Source of the DNA: Candidatus Kapaibacterium sp. | GTDB lineage: Bacteria > Bacteroidota > Ignavibacteria > Kapaibacteriales > UBA2268 | Length of the DNA: 64,000 nt | Direction: 5' to 3' | Assembly (NCBI GenBank): GCA_963664875.1 | Contig: OY761611.1 | Coordinates: 2,816,001 to 2,880,000 of the forward strand | Shown: in pieces, positions 18,522 to 28,256 of the stretch | Layout: every line of letters starts with the position of its first letter | Position numbering within the stretch: the first letter of the stretch is position 1 | The notes under the pieces: generated by a model | Seen by the model: the letters and a program-made list of their open reading frames with translations, nothing else | The model's database searches: none | What the model was told of the DNA's origin: nothing | Translations under genes and position numbers: made by a program

Positions 18522-19868
18522 TTACTTGCCAATGCAAAAGCGAGAGAAGATAGTATTTAATACGTCTTCGTCCCAAGTATCACCGACAATATCACCAAGA
18601 ATTTGTGCAGCTTCTTTGATATCAATAGCTATAATTTCGTTTTCAGTGTATATATCTAATGCGTTTAAAGCATTTTGCAATGACTCAGCTGCCTTGGTTA
18701 GCAGCTCTGCGTGTCTTTTATTTATTAGAATGTCTGTGATTCTATCAGCAGACTTTTCTGCCTCATCGCCAATTGTCCTTCGTAAAGTGTCCACGCCTTC
18801 ATTGAGCTTAGCAGAGATAAAGTAGGTTTCATCGTCATTACATTGAGTAATATTTACAAGATCGACTTTGTTTTGTAATAATAAAACTTTTCTGTCGGAA
18901 TATTTCTCTTTGAGTCTTCGATATAAGCTATCTGAGTGCTTTACAGACTCGGAGACATCGTTTAATACAAGTATCAGATTGGATTGCTCCAAAACAGATT
19001 CCACAAGCCTAATGCCCTCTATTTCGATTAAATCCTTACTGTCTTCACGTAAGCCGGCAGTGTCAGTAAGTTTGACCGTTATGCCACCAAGTATTATATT
19101 TTCTTCGAGGTAATCACGTGTAGTGCCGGGAGTAGGACTGACAATAGCACGTTGACGGCTCAGCAGAGTGTTAAATAGAGTTGATTTACCTGAATTAGGA
19201 TAACCTGCCAAAGCCACATAAAATCCGGATCTTAGGATTTCTGCGGAGCTGTATGAGGAAGCTAACTCTTTGCAAAAATCTATAGCGTCATTTACTCGCT
19301 GCTTAAATTCTGTTTTATCTACAAACTCCAATTCTTCTTCTGAAAAATCTAATTCTAACTCGAGTAACGCAGCAGTATCTAAAAGCTTTTGCCTGAGTTC
19401 GGCGAGCCTTAGAGTAAAATTGCCTGATAGCTGACGTGCTGCAGTTTGAGCTCCGGGAATAGATGTAGAGTGAATTAAATCCGCAACTGCTTCTACCTGA
19501 GTCAAATCCAATTTACCATTTAGAAATGCTTTCTTAGTAAATTCTCCGGGTTCGGCAGGGTAAGCTCCATTCTCAAAAAGTACTTTTAGTATTTCCTGGG
19601 AAACAATCTGACCTCCATGACAGCCAATCTCTATTACATTTTCACCTGTATAAGAGCGAGGGGCTTTGAAAGTAGAAACTGTAACAGTATCTATTACTTT
19701 GTCAGATGAGACTATTTTGCCGTAAATAATCCTATGGGAAGCAGCTTCTAAAAGATTTCCTGAAAAACATTTGTTGACAATCTCAAATGATTCTTCACCG
19801 GAAATTCTGATTACGTGAAGTCCGCCCGTACCCGGTGGAGTTGCCAGTGCAGCTATGGTTCTACTCAT
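18522..19868 (-). CDS. mnmE: tRNA modification GTPase MnmE
   Basis: TIAALATPPG, PRSYTGEN, GYPNSGKS, PGTTRD, DTAG, FSRFCIGK. Confidence 0.97.
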   Translation of the reverse strand: MSRTIAALATPPGTGGLHVIRISGEESFEIVNKCFSGNLLEAASHRIIYGKIVSSDKVIDTVTVSTFKAPRSYTGENVIEIGCHGGQIVSQEILKVLFENGAYPAEPGEFTKKAFLNGKLDLTQVEAVADLIHSTSIPGAQTAARQLSGNFTLRLAELRQKLLDTAALLELELDFSEEELEFVDKTEFKQRVNDAIDFCKELASSYSSAEILRSGFYVALAGYPNSGKSTLFNTLLSRQRAIVSPTPGTTRDYLEENIILGGITVKLTDTAGLREDSKDLIEIEGIRLVESVLEQSNLILVLNDVSESVKHSDSLYRRLKEKYSDRKVLLLQNKVDLVNITQCNDDETYFISAKLNEGVDTLRRTIGDEAEKSADRITDILINKRHAELLTKAAESLQNALNALDIYTENEIIAIDIKEAAQILGDIVGDTWDEDVLNTIFSRFCIGK

Positions 19869-19870
19869 TG

Positions 19871-20347
19871 CTAACCTATTTCATAATATTTTGTCAAAGT
19901 CAACATATCGCTTTCTTCTGTAAGGATTTTACATATTTCAGAAAACAGCTGCTCTTCCTGCTCTGAAAATCTCTCAAAAACCGGACTGTCGCAATCAAGT
20001 ACACCATAAAATTTGTCATCTTTCATCAGAGGAACTACGATTTCTGAATTGGAGGAGGAGTCACAGGCAATGTGTCCCTCAAATTTATGAACATCAGGTA
20101 CAATTATCGTTTTAGTTTCTAAAGCAGAAGTACCACATACACCTCTTCCCAAAGGAATGCGGATGCAAGCAGTTTTGCCTTGGAACGGGCCCAAAACAAG
20201 TTCATTTCCAAGTTTCATGTAAAAGCCAATCCAGTTTATATCCTGCATTTTTTCGTAAATAAGAGCAGATATATTTGCTGCATTTGCAATAAAGTTAGAT
20301 TCACCTTTGCAAAGAGATTTTGCCTGAGCTATAATTTCAGAGTACAT
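19871..20347 (-). CDS. msrC: GAF-domain free methionine-(R)-sulfoxide reductase
   Basis: NWIGFY, LGPFQG, ACIRIPLGRGVCG, HIACD, SEIVVP. Confidence 0.88.
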   Translation of the reverse strand: MYSEIIAQAKSLCKGESNFIANAANISALIYEKMQDINWIGFYMKLGNELVLGPFQGKTACIRIPLGRGVCGTSALETKTIIVPDVHKFEGHIACDSSSNSEIVVPLMKDDKFYGVLDCDSPVFERFSEQEEQLFSEICKILTEESDMLTLTKYYEIG

Positions 20348-20353
20348 AGTTGT

Positions 20354-20998
20354 TTACCTCAATTCCATTTCTTTTCGATACTGATATATATCTTCAATAG
20401 TAACAACTGGCATGCCATGTTTTTCTGCAAAGTTAACTATTTCGGGTAGTCTTGCCATGGTGCCGTCTTCATTTGTTAGTTCGCAAAGCACAGCACTATC
20501 TCCGAGATTTGCTAACTTAACCAAATCAATGCTGCCTTCGGTATGCCCTCTTCTTTCGAAAACGCCTCCATTTTTCGCTCTAAGAGGAAAAACATGCCCC
20601 GGATGGACAAGATCATTCGGTACAGCATTGTCAGCGATTGCTGTTTTAATTGTTGTTATACGGTCAGAAGCAGATACACCTGTGCTGACACCCTTTCTTG
20701 CTTCGATAGAAACAGTAAATGCTGTTTGATTTTTGCTTTCGTTACATTGAACCATAGGAGGCAAGCCAAGAGTTTGGCATCTTTCCTCAGTTAGACATAG
20801 GCAAACGATGCCGCTACATTCTCTAATCATAAGTGCCATATCTTTCACATCCATTTTTGCAGCAGGGAAAATAATATCGCCTTCGTTTTCTCTGTTTTCA
20901 TCATCTACGAGCAATATACCTGTACCTTTTTGTAACGCTTTTATTGCTTTAGTTATGCGTTCAGAATAGCTCTGGCCAAACTTACTTAATAAATCCAT
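20354..20998 (-). CDS. ribB: 3,4-dihydroxy-2-butanone-4-phosphate synthase
   Basis: [40 protein letters not shown]; downstream of an FMN riboswitch. Confidence 0.97.
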   Translation of the reverse strand: MDLLSKFGQSYSERITKAIKALQKGTGILLVDDENRENEGDIIFPAAKMDVKDMALMIRECSGIVCLCLTEERCQTLGLPPMVQCNESKNQTAFTVSIEARKGVSTGVSASDRITTIKTAIADNAVPNDLVHPGHVFPLRAKNGGVFERRGHTEGSIDLVKLANLGDSAVLCELTNEDGTMARLPEIVNFAEKHGMPVVTIEDIYQYRKEMELR

Positions 20999-21120
20999 CG
21001 AATAATCCGAAATAATATGAAAAACTCAGAATTTGAATTAAATTCAAACGGAGCTAATAAAGAAGGAGCAATCGCAGCTTGGACGCAGCAATTACAAGCA
21101 GGATGCAAACACAGACCTGT

Positions 21121-21412
21121 TTCTTCTCTCATCCGGACTATAACCGTCGGTATCGGATTTTCACCGATTCAATGGTGCTGTCTCATTCGTTTAGTTTTGA
21201 AGATATTTTGCAGGTTTGTATTTATTATCTAATTTCGGTGAGCTAAGCTCATTTTCTAAGATGAATATTATTACTGCCGCTTCTTTGTTGTAAGTTCGGC
21301 ATGTGTTTTCTGCTTTTTAAGTCAATATCTTCTGTCTATTTGATTTGTACATGAGACAGCCCCGGTCGCGGACTTTAACCGCCGGTGGGGAATTGCACCC
21401 CGCCCCGAAGAA
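21121..21412 (-). ncRNA. FMN riboswitch (RFN element) with a long variable-region insertion
   Basis: Minus strand TTCGGGGCGGGGTGCAATTCCCCACCGGCGGTTAAAGTCCGCGA...TGAATCGGTGAAAATCCGATACCGACGGTTATAGTCCGGATGAGAGAAGA, upstream of ribB. Confidence 0.93.
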
Positions 21413-21480
21413 TATATGTAATTTATACTTTTTTATTGAAAAATAAAAAGCTCAAAAATATTTTGAGCTGAGTATAAACT

Positions 21481-21513
21481 AAAAAAAAGCCTTGAATCGA
21501 AATTCAAGACTTT
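21481..21513 (-). terminator. Terminator after tRNA-Arg
   Basis: Minus strand AAAGTCTTGAAT-ttcg-ATTCAAGGC followed by T8. Confidence 0.65.
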
Positions 21514-21521
21514 GGTAAGTG

Positions 21522-21595
21522 TACACCCGAAAGGATTCGAACCTTTAACCTTCTGATCCGTAGTCAGATACTCTATCCAGTTGAGCTACGGGTGC
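21522..21595 (-). tRNA. tRNA-Arg (ACG)
   Basis: GCACCCGTAGCTCAACTGGATAGAG...TCTGA-CTACGGA-TCAGA...GGTTCGAATCC...CGGGTGTA; CCA not encoded. Confidence 0.96.
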
Positions 21596-21610
21596 AACCT
21601 TGTCAATTTT

Positions 21611-21871
21611 TTAAGCAGTCTTCAAAGAATCTACAAATTTTTGTAGAGAAGACTTGCGGTTAGCAGCAGTATTTTTATGGATGATACCTTTGCAGCTAAC
21701 TCTGTCTAACAAACGTGTAGCAAGTCTGAATTTTTCGAAAGCTTCTTCGTATGTAGCAGCTTCACGAACAGCTTTGATAGCATTCTTAACTAATTTCTTG
21801 TTAAGTCTGTTATAAAGTTTGCGTTTTCTCGTTTGTCTAATTCTTTTAATCGCTGATTTGTGATGAGCCAT
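21611..21871 (-). CDS. rpsT: 30S ribosomal protein S20
   Basis: MAHHKSAIKRIRQ...KGIIHKNTAANRKSSL. Confidence 0.97.
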   Translation of the reverse strand: MAHHKSAIKRIRQTRKRKLYNRLNKKLVKNAIKAVREAATYEEAFEKFRLATRLLDRVSCKGIIHKNTAANRKSSLQKFVDSLKTA

Positions 21872-21923
21872 GTCGTCTTCTGTATTTTAAACTTTAAAAA
21901 TCAATCACTGTTTTTAAGAATCA

Positions 21924-21955
21924 CAAATTTATACAATTTTTTGCATTCCTGCAAA
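21924..21955 (-). promoter_or_regulatory. Bacteroidetes-type housekeeping promoter of rpsT
   Basis: Minus strand TTTG-N20-TAAATTTG, matching the -33 TTTG / -7 TAnnTTTG consensus. Confidence 0.6.
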
Positions 21956-22183
21956 ATATTTTTTCTCAAATTGTCAAATATTGAATTCTTATTGCTATCG
22001 ATTGCGTTTCGATTAGCAGACAAATATAAGGAAGAATCGATAATATGCAAAAAACTTTTTTCGATGTACGCAATCCAAAGAAAAGAATCTTGCTTATAGT
22101 CTGATATTGTTTATTTTTGTTATAATAATGTAAATACCTTCTACGTTTCCAAAACATCATTTGCACAAAAGAAGGGGGCAAAA

Positions 22184-23578
22184 ATGCTTAAAGAACTCTT
22201 GAAGCCGGAAATATTGGAACTCATTGCAAACAGAGACTGGAATAATCTAAAAGATGTTCTGATTACCTGGCCTGCTCCCGAGATTGCTGACTTACTTTTA
22301 GACTTAGACAAGACTGATAGAGTATTTATTTTCAGGTCTCTCCCGCGAGACTTTTCTGCTGACATTTTTTCGTACTTAGAATACGAACAAAGAGACAGTT
22401 TACTGCATGACCTTACTGACCATGAAACACGACTGTTGCTCGCTGATTTGTCTCCTGACGATAGGACGGAGCTATTAGAAGAGTTGCCTGCCAAGGTTAC
22501 ACGGCGAATGCTTAATCTACTTTCCCCGGAAGATTTGATAGAAGCAAGGCAGCTGCTTGGCTACCCCGAAGATAGTATCGGACGTCAAATGACTCCTGAT
22601 TTTGTAGCGGTTCGACCGGACTGGACTGTCAGAGATGCACTAAACCATATAAGGCAATTTGGAAAAGATAGTGAGACTATTTACAGAATATATGTTACTG
22701 ATAAAGATGGTAAGCTTTTAGATGATATTTTGCTTAGGTCATTTATTGTTTCAAATGAAAACCAAAAAGTATCTTCCCTTATGGACTACAATGTGGTAAG
22801 TGTTTCGGCTTTCGAGGATCAGGAAGAGGCTGTAAGGAAAATGGAAAAATATGACCTTTTTGCTATTCCGGTTGTAGATTCTGTCGGGATGCTTGTAGGT
22901 ATAATAACATTCGATGATGTTCTTGATATTTCCGAAGAAGAAGCTACCGAAGATATTCAAAAACTTTCTGCGATTAACCCTGTTGAACAGTCTTATTTAA
23001 ACGTAAATCCAATTAAATATTGGTCTAAGAGATTGCCTTGGCTCATCACCCTGTTAGTTGCAAACGTAATCACTGCTTCAGCGATGCAGAACTATAATGT
23101 TGTCATTGCGAAAGTAGCTCTTCTCTCGAATTTTATTCCTCTTATATTAGGAACAGCCGGAAATTCCGGTTCGCAATCTTCAGTTCTTGTTGTAAGAGCT
23201 TTAGCATTAGATGATATCAAACTCAAAGATTGGCTTAAAATTGTAAAAAAAGAAGTAGTTGTTGGGGTTTTACTTTCGAGCATTTTGGGCTTGATTAGCT
23301 TTGCGATAGCACTGTTTATTCAATATATAGATTCCAATGCTATTGCCGGTATGATGAGTATCAGAGTGGCATCTGTGGTTAGTTTGTCTTTATTTATTAT
23401 GATAATTTGGTCATGCACAATTGGGAGTGTTTTACCTCTTTTATTCAAACGAATTGGTTTTGACCCCGCGGTTATTTCAAATCCGTTTATCACAACTATT
23501 ACTGATATATCGGGTATTATTATTTATTTTAGCATTGCAGTCTGGCTCTTAGGGGATTTAATAAATGCAGTGCCATAA
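22184..23578 (+). CDS. mgtE: Magnesium transporter MgtE
   Basis: LLGYPEDSIGRQMT, CBS pair, EEATEDIQK, GNSGSQS, DPAVISNPFITTITD. Confidence 0.95.
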   Translation: MLKELLKPEILELIANRDWNNLKDVLITWPAPEIADLLLDLDKTDRVFIFRSLPRDFSADIFSYLEYEQRDSLLHDLTDHETRLLLADLSPDDRTELLEELPAKVTRRMLNLLSPEDLIEARQLLGYPEDSIGRQMTPDFVAVRPDWTVRDALNHIRQFGKDSETIYRIYVTDKDGKLLDDILLRSFIVSNENQKVSSLMDYNVVSVSAFEDQEEAVRKMEKYDLFAIPVVDSVGMLVGIITFDDVLDISEEEATEDIQKLSAINPVEQSYLNVNPIKYWSKRLPWLITLLVANVITASAMQNYNVVIAKVALLSNFIPLILGTAGNSGSQSSVLVVRALALDDIKLKDWLKIVKKEVVVGVLLSSILGLISFAIALFIQYIDSNAIAGMMSIRVASVVSLSLFIMIIWSCTIGSVLPLLFKRIGFDPAVISNPFITTITDISGIIIYFSIAVWLLGDLINAVP

Positions 23579-23639
23579 GGCAAGCACGAGTTTTTTTCCT
23601 GATAATCAAAAAGTAAGTTCTAAAAGCAGTTTCTGGCAG

Positions 23640-24746
23640 CTAATCTCCGGATACTGCTTTTAGTATAATATTAGCACATTCTTTTGCTGCAAATGGTCTG
23701 CCGAGAGTTCTTGCTCTGCTCGACATATTAGCAAGTTTAGTATCGTCATTAATCAAAGACATCAAAGCTGAGAAAAGTTTATCGCCGACTTCTTTATCAT
23801 TTAGCATTATAGCGGCATTGTTTTCCATCAACGCTTTGGCATTATGAGCCTGTTCGTTGTTCGAAGCAGTTGAGAGAGGTACCAAAATAGAAGGTTTACC
23901 AATTGCAGCAATTTCTGCAACAGTTGTGCCGCCTGATCGGCATACTAGCAAATCAGAAGCTGAGTATGCTATATTCATATCATCAACAAACTCAACTACT
24001 TTAATATTTTTGGGTATTAGCTTAGGTGCTTCAAAATTTTTCCCGGTTTGCCAAAGAATATTTAAACCGGATTCTGCAAGATTGTTTAAATATTTGAGCA
24101 TTGCCTGATTGATGGATTTTGCTCCAAGGCTTCCGCCAAAAACAAAAACCATTTTACGCTCTCTATCGAAACCCAATTCTTCTTTTGCTTTACCCTGCTC
24201 CGGCATAACAAGAATATTGTCTCTGATTGGATTGCCGGTGTGTATTATTTTAGATTGTGTTTCAAAAGGAAAGTACTTTTTACTTTCTTCGTAGGAAGTG
24301 AAGATAAATCGAGCTTTATTGGCAAGAGACATAATAGTTTTGCCGGGGTTTACATTCGCTTCTAAGAGGAACAAAGGAGTTCTTGTAATAGAAGAAGCTA
24401 TGCCCGGAGGATAACTAATGTAAGCACCTGCTGCAATTACTGCATCTATCTTTTCTTTTTTAATCAGTTTTTTTATTTTGCGAGTAGAGCATAGTATTTT
24501 AAAGGGTAAAGCCAAAGTAGCAAATGAGAATTTTTTGACTAAACCTGATATATTCATAGGTATAAATGGATATCCCATAGCCGGAATTTTTTCTGCTTCA
24601 ATTTTGTCAGGTCTTCCTGTAAAAAAAAGTTTTACCTTTTTGTCCGAAGTTTTTTCTATTTCTTTAGCGACTGCCAACGCCGGAAAAAGATGCCCCCCGG
24701 TTCCGCCTGCCGCCACAAGGATATTGATAGTTTCTTTTTGTTTCAT
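23640..24746 (-). CDS. murG: MurG N-acetylglucosamine transferase
   Basis: AGGTGGHLFPALA, TGNPIR, FGGSLGA, WQTG, RSGGTTVAE, EQAHNA. Confidence 0.95.
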   Translation of the reverse strand: MKQKETINILVAAGGTGGHLFPALAVAKEIEKTSDKKVKLFFTGRPDKIEAEKIPAMGYPFIPMNISGLVKKFSFATLALPFKILCSTRKIKKLIKKEKIDAVIAAGAYISYPPGIASSITRTPLFLLEANVNPGKTIMSLANKARFIFTSYEESKKYFPFETQSKIIHTGNPIRDNILVMPEQGKAKEELGFDRERKMVFVFGGSLGAKSINQAMLKYLNNLAESGLNILWQTGKNFEAPKLIPKNIKVVEFVDDMNIAYSASDLLVCRSGGTTVAEIAAIGKPSILVPLSTASNNEQAHNAKALMENNAAIMLNDKEVGDKLFSALMSLINDDTKLANMSSRARTLGRPFAAKECANIILKAVSGD

Positions 24747-24894
24747 GCTGCTTTTTTAAGTGTAGTTTTTTTGTGATGATAATTTGTTTTAATAAGAAAG
24801 TGCAATAGGTACTTGATCGTAAATCGATGAAAATAACAGTACCATTCCTTTTTAAAACGAATTATATTAAGTAGTCAATTAAAGCAATTAGGTC

Positions 24895-26277
24895 TTAGTT
24901 TGCAAGTGTTTTTTTACGAATTTCATCTAAATCTGAAGTGCCTGGTATTTCTATATTGCCCTCTTCATCTATGAGAAAGTAAATTGGTAAGTCCCTAATA
25001 AGTAATTTTTCTGCTAATTCGGAATAAAATCCATTAGGTTCGTAGAGATTTGTACCTGCAATTTTATAGTTTTCTATCAGAGATTTCCACAATTTTTTGT
25101 TGTCATTCCCGAGAGAAATTGAAATAGCAGCAATGCTGTCATTTGGAGGGAAGTTTTCATATAACTGTCTGAGTGCAGTCAGGTCTTTTTCGCCTGCATC
25201 TCTGAACATGATAACAAGTTTATTACCTTTAAAGCGGAATAGATTGTTTTGATATGTTTTGTTGTCTTGTAGTAGAAATTCAGGGAAAGCATTTCCCGGT
25301 TGAAACTTGAAGTGTTTATCAATAAGATCAATCAAATAATCACGGTAATCAGTCTCATGCATTTCAGGAGTGATAGTTTGGCGTTTCCCAAAAATATATA
25401 GCTCATCTGTGTAGCTCCATTCGCGAGGAATTATCTTTTCGAATAGGCTGACTATACATATATCTCGGAAGCTATAAATTGTTTTGCTCATGATGCTGTC
25501 TATGACAGCGTCGTACTTTTCAGCACCTGTTTCGGTGGTATCCATACCGACTGTTTTTAGAAAATAATCTGTCATAAGATTGGCAAAATGGAAAAAGGCT
25601 CTGTCATTTTTATAAATTGCACCTTTGATATTATATTTCTTTACCAGTCTATTAAAATTGCTGTCGCTATAGTCGGATTTGAAGCTGCAAATATCAAAAA
25701 GCAAATCAAAGTGTCTTGCCCAATCTTCTTTCAAAGAAGCGTGAGCCTCTCTAAATTCAGCAAAATAATCTTTAACAAATAATTCAATAGATTTTTGAGA
25801 CTGCATAAGAATTGGATTGCAGTTAAAATCTCTACTCATCATATTATCTTCGAAAGTTCTTAGCCTGTCAGAAATGTTATAGAGTGAATCTCTAAAAAAA
25901 ATCTTTTTATAGCCTTCTCCACCAATATTGAGAATCCTACCCTGAGCCAAATCTAAATCTAAATAAACAGAGTCTCCTTTGCTTATATAGATTGGCAGGC
26001 TATAATTATATTTCCTAAAATTGAGAGTTGCAAAAACATCATCTTCCTTAGCAGAAGAATAAAATTTGAAAACGCTGTCTTTTCCGATATAAATTGTGTC
26101 TATAATTGAAGGAAGAGAGTATTTGAAAAATAGATTTTGCGAAGTGATAAACATCTTATCAGTATATGAATTGTGCAGTTTGCCCTGCACAATTATATCC
26201 GGTCGAGAAAAAATATTTTCACGACAAGACGCCAATAACAACAGAAGCAATAATAAACAGATATTTTTCATAAGCAT
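24895..26277 (-). CDS. Lipoprotein with degenerate C-terminal TlpA/redoxin-like domain
   Basis: MLMKNICLLLLLLLLASC lipobox; PGNAFPEFLL...FKGNKLVIMF...LPIYFLIDEEGNI; no CXXC. Confidence 0.65.
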   Translation of the reverse strand: MLMKNICLLLLLLLLASCRENIFSRPDIIVQGKLHNSYTDKMFITSQNLFFKYSLPSIIDTIYIGKDSVFKFYSSAKEDDVFATLNFRKYNYSLPIYISKGDSVYLDLDLAQGRILNIGGEGYKKIFFRDSLYNISDRLRTFEDNMMSRDFNCNPILMQSQKSIELFVKDYFAEFREAHASLKEDWARHFDLLFDICSFKSDYSDSNFNRLVKKYNIKGAIYKNDRAFFHFANLMTDYFLKTVGMDTTETGAEKYDAVIDSIMSKTIYSFRDICIVSLFEKIIPREWSYTDELYIFGKRQTITPEMHETDYRDYLIDLIDKHFKFQPGNAFPEFLLQDNKTYQNNLFRFKGNKLVIMFRDAGEKDLTALRQLYENFPPNDSIAAISISLGNDNKKLWKSLIENYKIAGTNLYEPNGFYSELAEKLLIRDLPIYFLIDEEGNIEIPGTSDLDEIRKKTLAN

Positions 26278-26314
26278 ATTATCGGAACAAGATGAAGAAA
26301 ATTGAGCTAATAGC

Positions 26315-27982
26315 CTAAAAATTACCCTCATCAAACTCCTTGTTTGCGATATGCTCTAAATATTTATTGTTCAATCTGATAGTAAATAGGGAAGAAGTTT
26401 TTGTCTTGCTGCACTGTATATCGCCCGCAAAGTATTTAATAATTCTTGCAGCATCTAAAAAATGCATTTCGTTGTCAAACTGATTGCAATTATCAGTTAA
26501 TTCAAATTCGATATTGATTATGTAACAGTTACCTTCTTCGAAAGCACTGATTCTCCTTATCTGTTCAGGCAGATTCAATATTTTTCTCAGGCTATCTCTA
26601 AATAGATCAGTTTTTAGATAAATAGGTTTTGCCGGAGGTATATCTTTTTCAAGGATATTGTCGAAGCTGTCAAGTATCTCTTCGAGGATAAGATTTGGAG
26701 AAGCGAGTGTAAAGTAAGAATTGCTACAATTCACTTCGCACAGAGATGCAATATCTTGCTTCAGATTGGCGAGTAGATTCTTTGTTTCATCATCTAAAGA
26801 TGATTGCTCAATCAATTCTTCTATTTTGCCGTAGTTATGTTTAATTCTCTGAGACACATGCGATAAGTATTTTGCTTCCGCAAGAGCTTTTTCCGATTCG
26901 TAGGTTTGGAAACCCTGAATCAATTTTTTTCTCAAATCTTTGAAAAAGCCAACTCTTCCGAGAACTTCTTTTTTAGTAGTAAGCTCGAAAGCATCTAAGA
27001 TTACCGGAATTGAAGTGCTGTTGCTGCTAATGATTTGAGTTTCCACATTGGATGCTATAATTCCATTTCTGTTAGCATCTCTCAAAAATTCAGGAGGCAA
27101 CATCGTGAAAATTTTATTGAGAGGTGGTTTTCTTGTAGAAGCCCATCCTAAAAGCTCTTTTGCTGCAGGATTCATTATTTTTGTTTTGCCTTTTTTGTCA
27201 ACGGCAATAATAGCATCAGAAACATGATGTATAAGTGCACTGTAAAAATCGTGAACAGTACTGAGTTGCTCCTGCAGTTTGTTAATTTCCGTTATGTCCT
27301 GAGCAATTTCCATCACCAATTCTACCTGATCGCCTTTTTTGCTGATAGGAATAGTTTGGACTATGTAATTACTCTTGTCTCCCGTGCTGGTAACTCCTAT
27401 CTGAGTTGAGATATTATCAGCGTTGTGTCTGAATGAATGTACAGCAGGGCAGTTGGCACATTTATGCTTTTTCTTTTTATAAACCTCGTAGCAGTGGGTG
27501 CCTATCTTATTACCAAAAGTTTCACGGAATTTGGCATTGGATCGAATAATCTTAAAATCTTTATCGATAACAGTGATATAATTAGGAACTTTCTCAAAGA
27601 GCATATTATACTCTTTGAGCCAATGGCTATTGTCAGTAATATCCGATGACATTTCAAGTACATATAGAACATTTCCATTTTCATCTTTAATAGGAGTTAG
27701 ATGCACTACCGTATGGGTAGAAAACCCGCTTTTGTTTATGGTTGTTTCGTCTGCAACCCTTGTGTGGCCGGTTTCGAATACCTGCTGCATTTTACATTTG
27801 GGGCATGGATCAGAAAGCTGTTTGCAGTTGGTATAGCATTTTTTACCTTCGATGTCTCCGAAAGCCTCTCTATATCTTTGATTTGCAGCAACTATATTAT
27901 AATCTTTATCTACAATAGATAATCTAAACGGCACCAAGTCAAATAATGTACTTGACAAAATGTCTGTTAAAATTCCGCTCAT
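26315..27982 (-). CDS. Multi-PAS sensor with degenerate histidine-kinase-like C-terminus
   Basis: Three PAS repeats (IVDKDYNIVAAN, VIDKDFKIIRSN, IAVDKKGKTKIMN); no clear H-box or G-boxes. Confidence 0.75.
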   Translation of the reverse strand: MSGILTDILSSTLFDLVPFRLSIVDKDYNIVAANQRYREAFGDIEGKKCYTNCKQLSDPCPKCKMQQVFETGHTRVADETTINKSGFSTHTVVHLTPIKDENGNVLYVLEMSSDITDNSHWLKEYNMLFEKVPNYITVIDKDFKIIRSNAKFRETFGNKIGTHCYEVYKKKKHKCANCPAVHSFRHNADNISTQIGVTSTGDKSNYIVQTIPISKKGDQVELVMEIAQDITEINKLQEQLSTVHDFYSALIHHVSDAIIAVDKKGKTKIMNPAAKELLGWASTRKPPLNKIFTMLPPEFLRDANRNGIIASNVETQIISSNSTSIPVILDAFELTTKKEVLGRVGFFKDLRKKLIQGFQTYESEKALAEAKYLSHVSQRIKHNYGKIEELIEQSSLDDETKNLLANLKQDIASLCEVNCSNSYFTLASPNLILEEILDSFDNILEKDIPPAKPIYLKTDLFRDSLRKILNLPEQIRRISAFEEGNCYIINIEFELTDNCNQFDNEMHFLDAARIIKYFAGDIQCSKTKTSSLFTIRLNNKYLEHIANKEFDEGNF

Positions 27983-28256
27983 ATTCCCACACAGTAAACT
28001 AAAAGAGAAAGTGGATTATTTCACATAATACTATATTTTTTATTGAAATCAAAATGTAAATCATGCAAATATGAGAATTGTTTTGTAAAAAAAATATTGC
28101 TACTGCCTATTAACCAATAGAAATAAATAATACAGAAGAGGTGCTTGCAAAGAGGGCACTCGAGGCATGGGTGTAAAGCGGAATAAATAAAGGGGAAAAA
28201 ATCCCCCTATATCTTCAAATTTGGCCTAAAGCTTGTAGCGAAAGCTAAATGCTTTT

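Noticed and set aside
21017-21232. 71-aa + strand ORF
   Set aside because: Antisense to the FMN riboswitch leader; no protein features.
24789-24852. 18-codon mini-ORF (MVLLFSSIYDQVPIALSY) upstream of murG on the minus strand
   Set aside because: The SD-like AAAGGA abuts the ATG with no spacer and there is no other support.
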